Assembly (NCBI GenBank): GCA_035294645.1
Contig: DATGKN010000119.1
Location: 8,972-72,971 of the forward strand
DNA: 64,000 nucleotides
Reading direction: 5' to 3'
Source of the DNA: Chloroflexota bacterium
GTDB taxonomy: Bacteria > Chloroflexota > UBA6077 > JAJPHF01
Part shown: positions 49,591 to 64,000 of the stretch, in pieces
Numbering within the stretch: the first letter of the stretch is position 1
How the letters are laid out: each line of letters begins with the position of its first letter
The notes under the pieces: model-generated
Seen by the model: the letters and a program-made list of their open reading frames with translations, nothing else
Told to the model about the DNA's origin: nothing
Databases searched by the model: none
Translations under genes and position numbers: made by a program

Positions 49591-50879
49591 CCGCCCTGTG
49601 CATCCGCGGCGGCCGGGTCATCGACCCCGCGAGCGGCCTCGACGGCCTCGCCGACGTGCGCCTGCACGACGGCCGGGTGGTCGAGGTCGGCCCGGCGCTC
49701 GCCGCGGCGGCCGACGAGGTGGTGCTCGACGCCACGGGCTGCATCGTGGCCCCGGGCTTCATCGACCTGCAGTGCCACCTCGGCGACGCCGACCACGACG
49801 ACGCCGAGACGCTCGCCACGCTGGGGGCGGCGGCCGCGGCCGGCGGCTTCACGACGCTCTGCTGCCTGCGCGAGGGCGACCCCTGCGTCGACGACGCGGC
49901 GGCGGTGGTGGCGCTGCGCGAGCGGGCGGCCGCCGAGACCCGCGTGCGCGTGCGGCCCCTGGGGGCGGTGACCCGCGGACGCCAGGGCGCGGAACTCGCC
50001 GAGCTGGGCGCCATGGCCGAGGCCGGCGCGGTGGCGTTCACCGACGGCGGGCTGTCGGTGCGCAGCGCGCGGGTGCTGCGCAACGCGCTCAGCTACAGTG
50101 TGCTCACGGGGCGGCCGGTGGTCGAGCAGCCGTGCGACCCCGACCTCGCCCAGGGCGGCCTGGCGCACGAGGGGGCGGTGGCCACACACCTGGGCCTGCC
50201 GGGCATCCCCGCCGCCGCCGAGGAGTTCGCCGTGGCGCGGGCGCTGGCGCTCGCGCGGGCGACCGGCGGGCGGTTGCACCTCGGCCCGCTGAGCACGGCG
50301 GCGGCCGTGGAGCAGGTGCGCGCCGCGCGCGCCGCCGGGCTGGCGGTCACCGCCGCCGTGACCGCGCACCACCTGCTGCTCGACGAGACGGCGCTGGCCA
50401 GCGGGCCCGAGGGCTGGCCCTACACCACCAGCACCAAGCTCCTGCCACCGCTGCGGACCGCCGCCGATCGCGCGGCGCTGTGCGCGGGCGTCGCCGATGG
50501 CACGCTGGTGGTGGTGAGCGACCACTGGCCGCGCCGCGCGATCGAGAAGGACTGCGAGTACGTCTACGCCGCGCCGGGCGCGAGTGCTCTGGAGAGCGTG
50601 CTGGGCGTGCTGCTGGAGCTGGTGGCGCGGGGCGAGCTGGCGCTGGACGCCGCGCTGCGCGCCCTGACCGTCGGGCCCGCGGCCGCGTTCGGCTTGGAGG
50701 GCGGGCGCCTGGCGCCGGGCGCGCCGGCCGACTGCGTGGTGTTCGACCCCGAGCCACGCTGGCAGGTCGAGCCGGCGCGCTGGCGCTCGCGCGGGCGCAG
50801 CACGCCGCTGGCCGGCCACTGGCTGCGCGGCCGCGTGCGGGCCACCATCGCCGGCGGCGAGATCGTCTATCGTGTGTAG
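49587..50879 (+). CDS. pyrC: Dihydroorotase
   Basis: MTALCIRGGRVIDPASG...APGFIDLQCH...; ATGA overlap with the pyrB stop. Confidence 0.9.
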
Positions 50880-50889
50880 CAGGGCTGAG

Positions 50890-52053
50890 ATGGTAGTGCA
50901 TGTAGAATCCCCCCCGAGCGCCCCGGTCCCGCGGCTCGCCGTGCCGGGCGCGCTGGTGCTGGAAGACGGTGCCGCATACGTGGGCACGCTGTTCGGCGCC
51001 GGGCGGGAGACGGCCGCCGAGGTCGTCTTCAACACTGGCATGACGGGGTACCAGGAGATCTGCACCGACCCGTCGTATCGCGGCCAGATGGTGGTGCTCA
51101 CGCACCCGCAGATCGGCAACTACGGTGTCGATCTGGCGGTGGCGGAGTCGACGCGGCCGTGGGTGGCGGGGCTGATCGTGCGCGAGCTGGCCCTGGAGCC
51201 GCACCACTGGCGCGCGAGCGAGCCGCTGGACGCCTACCTGGCGCGCCACGGCGTCACGGGGCTGGAGGGGATCGACACCCGCGCGCTGACGCGGCGGCTG
51301 CGGCGGCGCGGGGCGCTGCGCGGGGTGCTGGCGCCGATCGCGCGGCCAGAGCTGTCCACCGGCGAGCACGCCGCGCTGCTCCAGCGCGCCCGCCAGCTGC
51401 CGGCGCTGTCGGAGCGCGACGTGGTGAGCGAGGTGGTGGGCGCCGCGAGCGCGGCCGTCACGCCCGCCGGCACGGGGCCGCGCGTGGTGGTGCTCGACTG
51501 CGGCGCCAAGCACAACATCGTGCGCTCGCTGCAACGGCGCGGCGCGGCGGTGACCACGGTGGGCGCCGACGCCACGCTGGAGACGATCCTCGCCGCGCGG
51601 CCGGCGGGGGTGGTGCTGGCCAACGGGCCGGGCGATCCGGCGGCGCTGCCGGGCGTCGTGGGGCTGGTCCGCGACTTGTTGCGCACCGACCTGCCCATCT
51701 TTGGCATCTGCCTGGGCCATCAGTTGCTCGCGCTGGCGGTGGGGGCCACCACCAGCCGCCTGCCGTTCGGCCACCACGGCAGCAACCACCCGGTGCAGGA
51801 CGTGCGCACGGGCGCGGTACACATCACCGCGCAGAATCATGAGTTCCAGGTGGACCGTGACTCGCTGCCGGCGGCGTCGGGCTTCTACGTGAGCCACATC
51901 AACTTGAACGACGGCTCGGTCGAGGGCCTGGCCCACCGCGAGCGGCCGGTGTTCTCCGTGCAGTTTCACCCGGAGGGCTGCCCCGGGCCACAGGACAACC
52001 AGTACCTGTTCGATGAGTTCTTCGCGCTGCTGGCGGCGCGCGTAGGCGAGTGA
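50890..52053 (+). CDS. carA: Carbamoyl-phosphate synthase small (glutaminase) subunit
   Basis: GICLGHQLL catalytic Cys motif; CarA N-terminal domain. Alternative GTG start at 50872. Confidence 0.92.
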   Translation: MVVHVESPPSAPVPRLAVPGALVLEDGAAYVGTLFGAGRETAAEVVFNTGMTGYQEICTDPSYRGQMVVLTHPQIGNYGVDLAVAESTRPWVAGLIVRELALEPHHWRASEPLDAYLARHGVTGLEGIDTRALTRRLRRRGALRGVLAPIARPELSTGEHAALLQRARQLPALSERDVVSEVVGAASAAVTPAGTGPRVVVLDCGAKHNIVRSLQRRGAAVTTVGADATLETILAARPAGVVLANGPGDPAALPGVVGLVRDLLRTDLPIFGICLGHQLLALAVGATTSRLPFGHHGSNHPVQDVRTGAVHITAQNHEFQVDRDSLPAASGFYVSHINLNDGSVEGLAHRERPVFSVQFHPEGCPGPQDNQYLFDEFFALLAARVGE

Positions 52054-52059
52054 CGACGC

Positions 52060-55367
<3,308 letters not shown>

Positions 55368-55371
<4 letters not shown>

Positions 55372-56510
55372 ACACTGCCGCCCCCGCTCCCGCCGAGCCA
55401 GCGGCCACGCGCGACGAGGAGGTGGCGCGCCGGCTGGGCAGGGCGCGGCGGCAACACTTCCTGCTCGTGGCGACGGCGAGTCTTGTGTTGCCCGGGCTGG
55501 CGTGGTCCAGCGGGCTGGCGGCGCGCTGGACCGCCGCGCTGAGCGCCCTGCTGCCCGCCTGGGCCGTGGCGCCCGCGTTGGTCGCCGGGCTGCTGGCGCT
55601 GTACCGCCTCCTGCTGCTGCCCGCGAGCTACGGCTGGGGATATTGGCTGCCGCGGCGCTACGGGCTCGCCACGCAGTCGCCCGCCGGCTGGCTGCTCGAC
55701 TGGCTGAAAGCCAGCGCGCTCGGCGTGGCGCTCGGCACGCTGGTTGCCAGCCTGTTCTACCTGTGCGTGGCGGCGCTCGGCCCCCACTGGTGGTGGGGCT
55801 ACGCGCTGCTGCTGAGCGCGGGCGCCGTGCTGCTGGCCTATGTGACGCCGTACGTCGTGGTTCCGCTGTTCTACCCCCTGCGGCCCCTCGACAGCCCGCC
55901 GCTGGCGGCGCGCATCGCGGCGCTGTTCGAGCGTGCGGGCGTGCGGCCGCCGCGGGTGGCGGTGATCGCCCTGAGCCGGCGCACGGCGGAGGCGAACGCG
56001 GCGGTGATCGGGCTGGGCCAGTCGCGGCGCGTGGTGCTGGGCGACACGCTGCTGGCGCAGTTCACCCCCGAGGAGATCGAGACGATCGTGGCCCACGAGC
56101 TGGGGCACCACGTGCGCGGCGATATCTGGCGCGGGATCGCCCTCGAGCTGGCCGGGATCTGGGGCGGGCTGGCGCTGGCCGCCTGGCTGCTCCCGTGGGT
56201 GTTCGCCACTTGGGGGCTGGGCGACTGGCGTGCACCCGCGGCGTTCCCCCTGCTGGCACTGCTCGCCGCCGCGGCCGGACTTGCTACCATGCCCCTGGTG
56301 AACGCCTGGTCGCGGGCTTGCGAGCGCGCGGCCGATCGCTACGCGGTCGCGCTGTCGGGCAACGGGGCGGCGTTCGCGACGGCCCTGGAGCGGCTGGCGG
56401 CGCAGAACCGGCTCGAACGCCAGCCGCCGCGGTGGGCGGAGCTGCTGCTGGCCACGCACCCGTCGGTGGCCGAGCGGGTGGCGCGGGCACGAGGAGGCGC
56501 ACGTGCGTGA
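55368..56510 (+). CDS. M48-family (HtpX/Ste24-like) membrane zinc metalloprotease
   Basis: HELGHH zinc motif; multiple TM helices. ATGA overlap with the carB stop. Confidence 0.8.
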
Positions 56511-56511
56511 G

Positions 56512-56886
56512 ATGCACATCGGCGGCCGGCGCTTCCCGGCAGGGCTGCTGCTGGCGGTGGTCGGGCCGGCCTGCGCGCTGATCCTGCTGGCCACAGCGCA
56601 GCGGGCGGTGGAGGGCTACCAGCTGGCGCGCCAGGTGGAGGCGATGCGCCGCGAGGTGGCCGAGCTGCGCGAGCAGAACGTGGAGCTGCAGCGGCGCATC
56701 GCGCGCTACCGCAGCGACGCCTATATCGAGCGAGTGGCGCGCGAGGAGCTGAACCTCGTGCGGCCGGGCGATGTGCCGGTGATCATCGTGGCGCCCACGC
56801 CCGCCCCGACCGCCGCGCGCCCCACTCCTACCCCGGATATCCCCGTGCCCCGCCAGTGGCTGCGCCACTTCCTCGACGAGCCATGA
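56512..56886 (+). CDS. ftsB: Septum formation initiator FtsB/DivIC-like protein
   Basis: N-terminal TM followed by coiled coil (QVEAMRREVAELREQNVELQRRIARYRSDAYIERVAREEL). Alternative GTG start at 56503. Confidence 0.75.
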   Translation: MHIGGRRFPAGLLLAVVGPACALILLATAQRAVEGYQLARQVEAMRREVAELREQNVELQRRIARYRSDAYIERVAREELNLVRPGDVPVIIVAPTPAPTAARPTPTPDIPVPRQWLRHFLDEP

Positions 56887-58412
56887 GCGGGGCCGCGTCG
56901 GACCCTACCGCTCCCACGACCGCGCGGGTCGATCGCGCGCTGCGGGCCAGCCTGGCGGCCCTGCGCGCCGCGGGGCTGGGCAGCGGGGCGCGGGTGCTGG
57001 TCGGCCTCTCGGGCGGGCAGGACTCGCTGGCGCTCACGCATGCGCTCTGGCGGCTGCGCGCGGAGCACGGGTGGGCGCTGCATCCAGTGTACGTCGACCA
57101 CGGCCTGCGCGCGGCGGGCGCCGCGGAGAGCGCCCATCTGGCCGCGCTGTGCGCCGACTGGGGCCTGCCACTGGTCACGCTGCACCTCGACGTGCCGGCC
57201 TACCGCCGCCAGCATCGCCTGAACGTGCAGGCCGCGGCGCGCTACGCCCGCTACCAGGCGCTGGCGCGGCTGGCGGCGCAGCTCGGCGCCGACGCGGTGG
57301 CCGTCGGCCACACCGCCGACGACGTGGCGGAGACGCTGCTGCTGCACCTGCTGCGCGGCGCGGGCCTCGACGGCCTGAGCGCCATGCCGTTGGTGGCCAC
57401 GCTGCCGCTGGCGGCGCTCGGCCCGCCGCTGGACGCGCCCGCGCCGCCGCCCAGCGCGCTGCGTGTGGTGCGGCCGCTGCTGGCGGTCGCCCGCGCCGAC
57501 ACGCTGGCCTACTGCGCCGAGCAGGGGCTCGCGCCGCTGGTCGAGGCCGGGCGTGCCTACACGCGCAACCGCGTGCGCGACGAGGTACTCCCCTGTCTGG
57601 AGCGCGTGCAGCCCGGGGCGCGCCAGGCGCTGATGCGGGCGGCGCGGGCGCTGGCCGAGGAGCGCACGGTGGTGGAGCGCGCCGTGGAGATGGAGTGGCG
57701 CCAGCGCGCCCGGCTGGCGGACGCGGCGGTGACGCTCGCCCTCGCCGGCTGGGCGGAGCTGCCCGCGGCGCTGCAACGGCGGCTGATTCGCCGGGCGGTG
57801 GTGGCGCTGCGGGGCACCGCCGCCGATCTCAGCCAGGCGGTGCTCGACGCGGCGCTGCGAGTCGCTGCGGGGGAATCGGGGCGCGGGATCGACCTGCCGC
57901 ACGGGCTGCGGCTGGAGCGCGAGGGCCCCACGCTGCGCTTGGTCGCTCGTGCCCCGGCGCGCGCGGCGGAGGCGGCGAGCTGGCCGCTGCCCGTGCCGGG
58001 CGGCCTGGTGCTGCCCGGCTGGGGCTGCCTGCGGGCGGAGTACGCGCCACCCCCGCCGCCGGACCGCTGGCGCGCGGTCGCGCCATTCGAGGGCTGGCTG
58101 GACGCCGCGGCCGTGCGCTTGCCGCTGCGCGTGCGGTTCCGTCGGCCGGGCGACCGCTTCCAGCCGCTGGGCATGGCGCACGCCAAGCGGCTACAAGACT
58201 TCCTGGTGGACAGCCGCGTGCCACGCCACCAGCGCGCGCGTTTACCCCTGGTAGTGGCCGATAATGGTATTGTGTGGGTAGTCGGGCAGCGCATCGCGCA
58301 CTGGGCGCGCCTGCGGCCCGAGACGACGACCGCGCTGCACTTGTGGGCGGAGCCCGGGATGGCAAGCAGCGCTTGTCCTCTCCCCGTGCAGCGATTAGAG
58401 GTAGCGCCGTGA
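56883..58412 (+). CDS. tilS: tRNA(Ile)-lysidine synthetase
   Basis: PP-loop (VLVGLSGGQDSLAL). ATGA overlap with the ftsB stop. Confidence 0.88.
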   Translation: MSGAASDPTAPTTARVDRALRASLAALRAAGLGSGARVLVGLSGGQDSLALTHALWRLRAEHGWALHPVYVDHGLRAAGAAESAHLAALCADWGLPLVTLHLDVPAYRRQHRLNVQAAARYARYQALARLAAQLGADAVAVGHTADDVAETLLLHLLRGAGLDGLSAMPLVATLPLAALGPPLDAPAPPPSALRVVRPLLAVARADTLAYCAEQGLAPLVEAGRAYTRNRVRDEVLPCLERVQPGARQALMRAARALAEERTVVERAVEMEWRQRARLADAAVTLALAGWAELPAALQRRLIRRAVVALRGTAADLSQAVLDAALRVAAGESGRGIDLPHGLRLEREGPTLRLVARAPARAAEAASWPLPVPGGLVLPGWGCLRAEYAPPPPPDRWRAVAPFEGWLDAAAVRLPLRVRFRRPGDRFQPLGMAHAKRLQDFLVDSRVPRHQRARLPLVVADNGIVWVVGQRIAHWARLRPETTTALHLWAEPGMASSACPLPVQRLEVAP

Positions 58413-59044
58413 CGGTCGAACGCCCGCGTTTCGCCCCGCCGGAGGGGGCTCTCCTCGGCGAGGACCCTGGCCCGCTGCAGCCCGCCGACCATCCCGACAT
58501 CGAGGCGGTGCTCGTGTCGCGCGAGGCGCTCGCCCGCCGCGTGGCCGCGCTGGGCGCCCAGATCACCGCCGACTACGCCGCGCGCACGGCCGACGCGCCG
58601 CCGGTGGTGATCGGCATCCTCAAGGGCGCGCTGCTGTTCCTCGCCGACCTGGTGCGCGCGATCGACATCCCGATCGCCGTGGACTGCATGCGGGCGGCCA
58701 GCTACGGCGCGCGGACCGTCACCAGCGGCACGGTGCGCATCCAGCAGCCGCCGAGCGAGCCGCTGGCGGGGCGCGATGTGCTGGTGGTGGACATGGTGCT
58801 GGACACCGGGCTCACGCTGCGCACGATCGATCGCTACCTGCGCGAGCAGGGCGCGCGGTCGGTCCGCTACTGCGTGCTGGTGGCCAAGGTGCGCGACGGG
58901 CACCTGCCGTACCCGGTGGACTACGTCGGGTTCCGCATCCCCGATCGCTGGGTGGTGGGCTACGGCGGCGATTACGCCGACCGCTATCGGAACCTGCCGT
59001 ACATCGGGATCTTGCGCCCGGAGGTGTACGCCGCCCAGTCGTAG
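58409..59044 (+). CDS. hpt: Hypoxanthine-guanine phosphoribosyltransferase
   Basis: [18 protein letters not shown]-binding motif. GTGA overlap with the tilS stop. Confidence 0.88.
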   Translation: MTVERPRFAPPEGALLGEDPGPLQPADHPDIEAVLVSREALARRVAALGAQITADYAARTADAPPVVIGILKGALLFLADLVRAIDIPIAVDCMRAASYGARTVTSGTVRIQQPPSEPLAGRDVLVVDMVLDTGLTLRTIDRYLREQGARSVRYCVLVAKVRDGHLPYPVDYVGFRIPDRWVVGYGGDYADRYRNLPYIGILRPEVYAAQS

Positions 59045-59060
59045 ATGCCCGCGCGGGCAG

Positions 59061-59089
59061 TTGGTCCGCGCCGGGCCGTCTGATATACT
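59061..59089 (+). promoter_or_regulatory. Candidate ftsH promoter (TTGGTC-N17-TATACT)
   Basis: Good -35/-10 match with a 17-nt spacer, about 135 nt upstream of the ftsH ATG. Confidence 0.45.
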
Positions 59090-59222
59090 TCCCACACTGG
59101 CTACTGGACCATGCTGGACGCACTGCTTACCGCTTCGGCCTCTGGTCGGGGGCACCTCCCCGCGCGGGGCTTGCGTCCTCTCGGCAACGGCCGGCGCGCG
59201 CCGGCGCGTTGGAGGACAATGG

Positions 59223-61163
<1,941 letters not shown>

Positions 61164-61176
61164 GCGGACCTAGTCC

Positions 61177-61211
61177 ACGGGCGGGGCCACGGCAGGGTCC
61201 CGCCCGTTTCG
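61177..61211 (+). terminator. Hairpin terminator after ftsH
   Basis: ACGGGCGGG-(13 nt)-CCCGCCCGT followed by TTTCG. Confidence 0.45.
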
Positions 61212-61229
61212 CATCGGGCGGAGCCGCCT

Positions 61230-62264
61230 ATGTCGTCGACTGGGCTATACTACTCGCCGCAGTTCCTGCGCCATGAGGCCCCTGGCCATCCTGAGGCCCC
61301 TTCCCGCCTGACCGCTGCCTGGGCCCTGTTCGAACGCCACGGCTTGTTGCTCGATCTCGCGGTGAGCCAGCCCCCCCCGGCCGACCTCGCGGTGATCGAG
61401 GGCGTGCACAGCGCACCCTACATCCGCACGGTGCGCGCCATGGCCGCCGAGGGGGGGGGCTGGCTGGATGGCGACACGTTCGTGAGCCCCGCGTCGTTCG
61501 AGGCGGCGGTGCTCGCGGCCGGCGCGGCGGTAGACGCCACCGCTGCAGTGCTGGCCGGCCGCTTGCGCAACGCCTTCGTCCTGGTCCGTCCGCCGGGCCA
61601 CCACGCCGTGCGCGACCAGGCGATGGGCTTCTGCCTGTTCAACAATGTGGCGATCGCCGCCCAGTGGGCCGTGCGCGCCGGCGGCGCCCAGCGCGTGTTG
61701 ATCGTCGACTTCGATGTGCACCATGGGAACGGCACGCAGGAGATCTTCTACGAGCGGGCCGATGTCTGCTTCTTCTCGATCCACCAGTTCCCCCTCTATC
61801 CGGGCACCGGCCGCCTGGCAGAGGCCGGCAGCGGCGCGGGCGCCGGCACGACGGCCAACCTCCCGCTGCCGCCCGGGTGCGGCAATGCGGAGTATCTGCG
61901 GGCGTTCGACGAGATCTTGACGCCACTCGCCCAGCGCTGGCGCCCGGACGTGCTCCTGGTGTCGGCTGGCTATGACGCCCACTGGCGCGACCCGCTGGCC
62001 AACATGCGCTTGACAGTCGAGGGCTATGTAGCCCTGGTGGAACGCCTGCAAGCGCTAGCCGCCGAGCTGTGCGGCGGGCGGCTGGTGGTAGTCCTGGAGG
62101 GCGGCTACAACTTGAATGCCATCGCCGCCGCGGCGGTGGCCAGCGCCCAGGTGTTGGCAGGCCTGCCCCCGCTCGGCGACCCCTACGGCCAACCGCCGCC
62201 TCATCCCCTGGCCACGCAGGCCGAGTCCGTCCTGGCGGCCGCCCGCGAGCGATGGCAGCTCTGA
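61230..62264 (+). CDS. Histone deacetylase-family (AcuC/Aph-like) zinc amidohydrolase
   Basis: VRPPGHHA...DFDVHHGNGTQ...SAGYDAH motifs. Confidence 0.85.
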   Translation: MSSTGLYYSPQFLRHEAPGHPEAPSRLTAAWALFERHGLLLDLAVSQPPPADLAVIEGVHSAPYIRTVRAMAAEGGGWLDGDTFVSPASFEAAVLAAGAAVDATAAVLAGRLRNAFVLVRPPGHHAVRDQAMGFCLFNNVAIAAQWAVRAGGAQRVLIVDFDVHHGNGTQEIFYERADVCFFSIHQFPLYPGTGRLAEAGSGAGAGTTANLPLPPGCGNAEYLRAFDEILTPLAQRWRPDVLLVSAGYDAHWRDPLANMRLTVEGYVALVERLQALAAELCGGRLVVVLEGGYNLNAIAAAAVASAQVLAGLPPLGDPYGQPPPHPLATQAESVLAAARERWQL

Positions 62265-62481
62265 TCCAGAGCTCGGCCGCGCCGCGCGTCCACCGCCACC
62301 GTTCGTCCGCTCCATGCGCTCCGGGCCCCACAGGGCCGGCCCGAACGCGTGTCGCGCCTGTGCAACTTGCTCGAGTGCAGCGGCCGACTATTGGCACCTT
62401 GGTCCTATTGTCGGGGGGCCGGGTTGATGTTACCCTGGTGCCGCGTTGGCCCCACTTCGTCGGTTGAGAGGAGAGCGAGCC

Positions 62482-63753
62482 ATGCATGGGTGCGCACACG
62501 GCGACGGGCGGGTGGAGCGCCTGCACGACGAGCTCGTGGACCGCGCGGCGAATTTGGACCGCCTCACCCATCACGACCAGCTCAACCCGGCGGGCCTGGA
62601 GGCCTTCCTCAGCGCGCGCCGGGCGACGCGGCGCGATGTGCTGCGGTTCGGCGGGCTGCTGGCGTACACAACGGTCGCCTTTCCCCTAGGCGCCCAGGCG
62701 GCCACCCAGCCGTGGCTGCCGATCGCGGGCGGCGCGGCCAGCCAAGCGCCCCTATTCGATCCGAACCCACAGGCCCGCACGCACACCGTGGACTCGATCC
62801 CGGGCGAGACGGTCGTACTCGGCCAGTTCGACGTCACCAAAGCGCCGATCCTGACGATCGACCCGGGCGACATCATCGTCTACCGCAACACGCTGACCCA
62901 CTTCCTCGGGGCCATCCGCCCCGGGGTGAGCATCGACGAGATCGCGCAGCTCCGGCGCGACAATCCCGGGCGCGGGCCGCACTCGATCATCGGCCCCATC
63001 GCCGTGCGCGGCGCGGAGCCGGGCGACGTGCTGGAGTTTCGCCTGCTGCGCATCGACCCCATCGAGTATGGGTTCAACTTCAACAACCCGGCCGACCTGC
63101 GCACCGGCGCGCTGCCCGACGAGTTCCCCGAGGGCCAGGTGCGCTACTTCGATATCGACAAGGCGCAGGGGGTCGTGCGCTGGGACGATACGATCGCGCT
63201 CCAGCTCGCCCCCTTCCAGGGCACGCTCGGGGTAGCGCCCGACGTGACCGAGCCGGTTAGCTCGGTGCCGCCCGGCCCGTTCGGCGGCAACACCGACCTG
63301 CGCGAGCAGGTGGAGGGCACGCGGATCTTCATCCCGGTGTTCAAGCCGGGCGCGCTGATCTTCACCGGCGACTCCCACGCCCTGCAGGGCGACGGCGAGG
63401 TGAACCTCACAGCGGTCGAGACGGCCATGCGCGAGGTCCGCGTGCAGGTACTGCTGCACAAGGCGGTGCCGCTCAGCTGGCCGATCGCCGAGACGCCCAC
63501 CCACTGGATCCCGCTAGCCACCCACACCGACCTCAACGAGGCGTTTCGCCAGTGCCTGCGCAACGTGGTCGACTTCCTGGTGCGCAGCGCGGGCCTGACG
63601 CCGCTCGACGCCTACGGCCTGGCCAGCGTGGCGGTGAGCTTCCGGATCACGCAGGTGGTCAACGTGAACCAGGGCGTGCACGGCATGATCGCCAAGGCGT
63701 TGTTCGCGGAGGACGCCCGCCGGGAGATCGATCCGCTGCGGCGCCCTAGCTGA
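62482..63753 (+). CDS. Acetamidase/formamidase (FmdA/AmdA) family protein with long N-terminal extension containing a Tat-like RR motif
   Basis: FmdA_AmdA core (…GPIAVRGAEPGDVLEF…TGDSHALQGDGEV…). N-terminus has TRRDVLRFGGLLAYTTVAFPLGAQA (Tat-like) preceded by about 40 polar residues. GAGAGGAGAG RBS. Confidence 0.75.
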   Translation: MHGCAHGDGRVERLHDELVDRAANLDRLTHHDQLNPAGLEAFLSARRATRRDVLRFGGLLAYTTVAFPLGAQAATQPWLPIAGGAASQAPLFDPNPQARTHTVDSIPGETVVLGQFDVTKAPILTIDPGDIIVYRNTLTHFLGAIRPGVSIDEIAQLRRDNPGRGPHSIIGPIAVRGAEPGDVLEFRLLRIDPIEYGFNFNNPADLRTGALPDEFPEGQVRYFDIDKAQGVVRWDDTIALQLAPFQGTLGVAPDVTEPVSSVPPGPFGGNTDLREQVEGTRIFIPVFKPGALIFTGDSHALQGDGEVNLTAVETAMREVRVQVLLHKAVPLSWPIAETPTHWIPLATHTDLNEAFRQCLRNVVDFLVRSAGLTPLDAYGLASVAVSFRITQVVNVNQGVHGMIAKALFAEDARREIDPLRRPS

Positions 63754-63920
63754 CTCGCGCGCGGCGGGCTCTGGAACGCGAGCGCTCGGCCTGGCGCGCC
63801 CCGCGCCCGGGCTGAGCGCTCGCGGCGGCGCGCGGGTACTAGCCCCCGTTCACCGCTGGCCGCGGCCAGTTGACGGGCGTGGTTTGCCCTCGACGGGCAA
63901 TTCAACAAGGCGACAGGGCC

Positions 63921-64000
63921 TAGCGAATGAACCCCTGGTAATGGCGCATGAGCAACTGCGCCTCGAGCTGCTTGATGGTGTCGAGCACGACCCCGACCAC
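63921..64000 (-). CDS. 3' end of an unidentified gene running off the window
   Basis: The minus strand reads ...VVGVVLDTIKQLEAQLLMRHYQGFIR*; only 26 residues visible. Confidence 0.3.

Overview
This window is about 70% GC and gene-dense, from a monoderm-type bacterium (Chloroflexota- or Actinobacteria-like; low confidence). Most of it is core metabolism and cell division.

Housekeeping content, in order:
- An ammonium transporter gene (amtB) with no glnK partner.
- A MidA-like methyltransferase, a RidA deaminase, and a two-domain ferritin-like protein.
- A rhodanese and an M20 peptidase.
- parA-ftsZ, a PFK, a sirtuin, argF, cdaA-cdaR, der and thpR.
- pucR-glnA.
- A long overlapping run: pyrR-pyrB-pyrC-carA-carB-M48 protease-ftsB-tilS-hpt, then ftsH.
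- An HDAC-like protein and a formamidase.

Accessory-looking parts:
- A perfect sigma70 consensus promoter with a leader ending in an intrinsic terminator, ahead of a SWIM zinc-finger gene and two tandem cobS paralogs.
- A Tad/Flp pilus locus (tadE, tadG, cpaB, tadC, tadB, REC-CpaE/tadZ) with no ATPase or pilin gene in the window.
- A bacterial MtrA-like/DUF4346 gene.
- A putative catabolic island at 25.5-37.2 kb: dienelactone hydrolase, LLM oxidoreductase, family III CoA-transferase, fused AccD-AccA carboxyltransferase, a CoxSML-type molybdenum hydroxylase, amidohydrolase_2, cupin and DUF2848.

Many long ORFs in the six-frame track are GC-driven antisense or alternate-frame artefacts and are not annotated. 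No tRNA, rRNA, CRISPR array or mobile element was seen. Refined start coordinates were computed from track ORF ends plus residue indices; positions of small RNA motifs are approximate (about ±2 nt).
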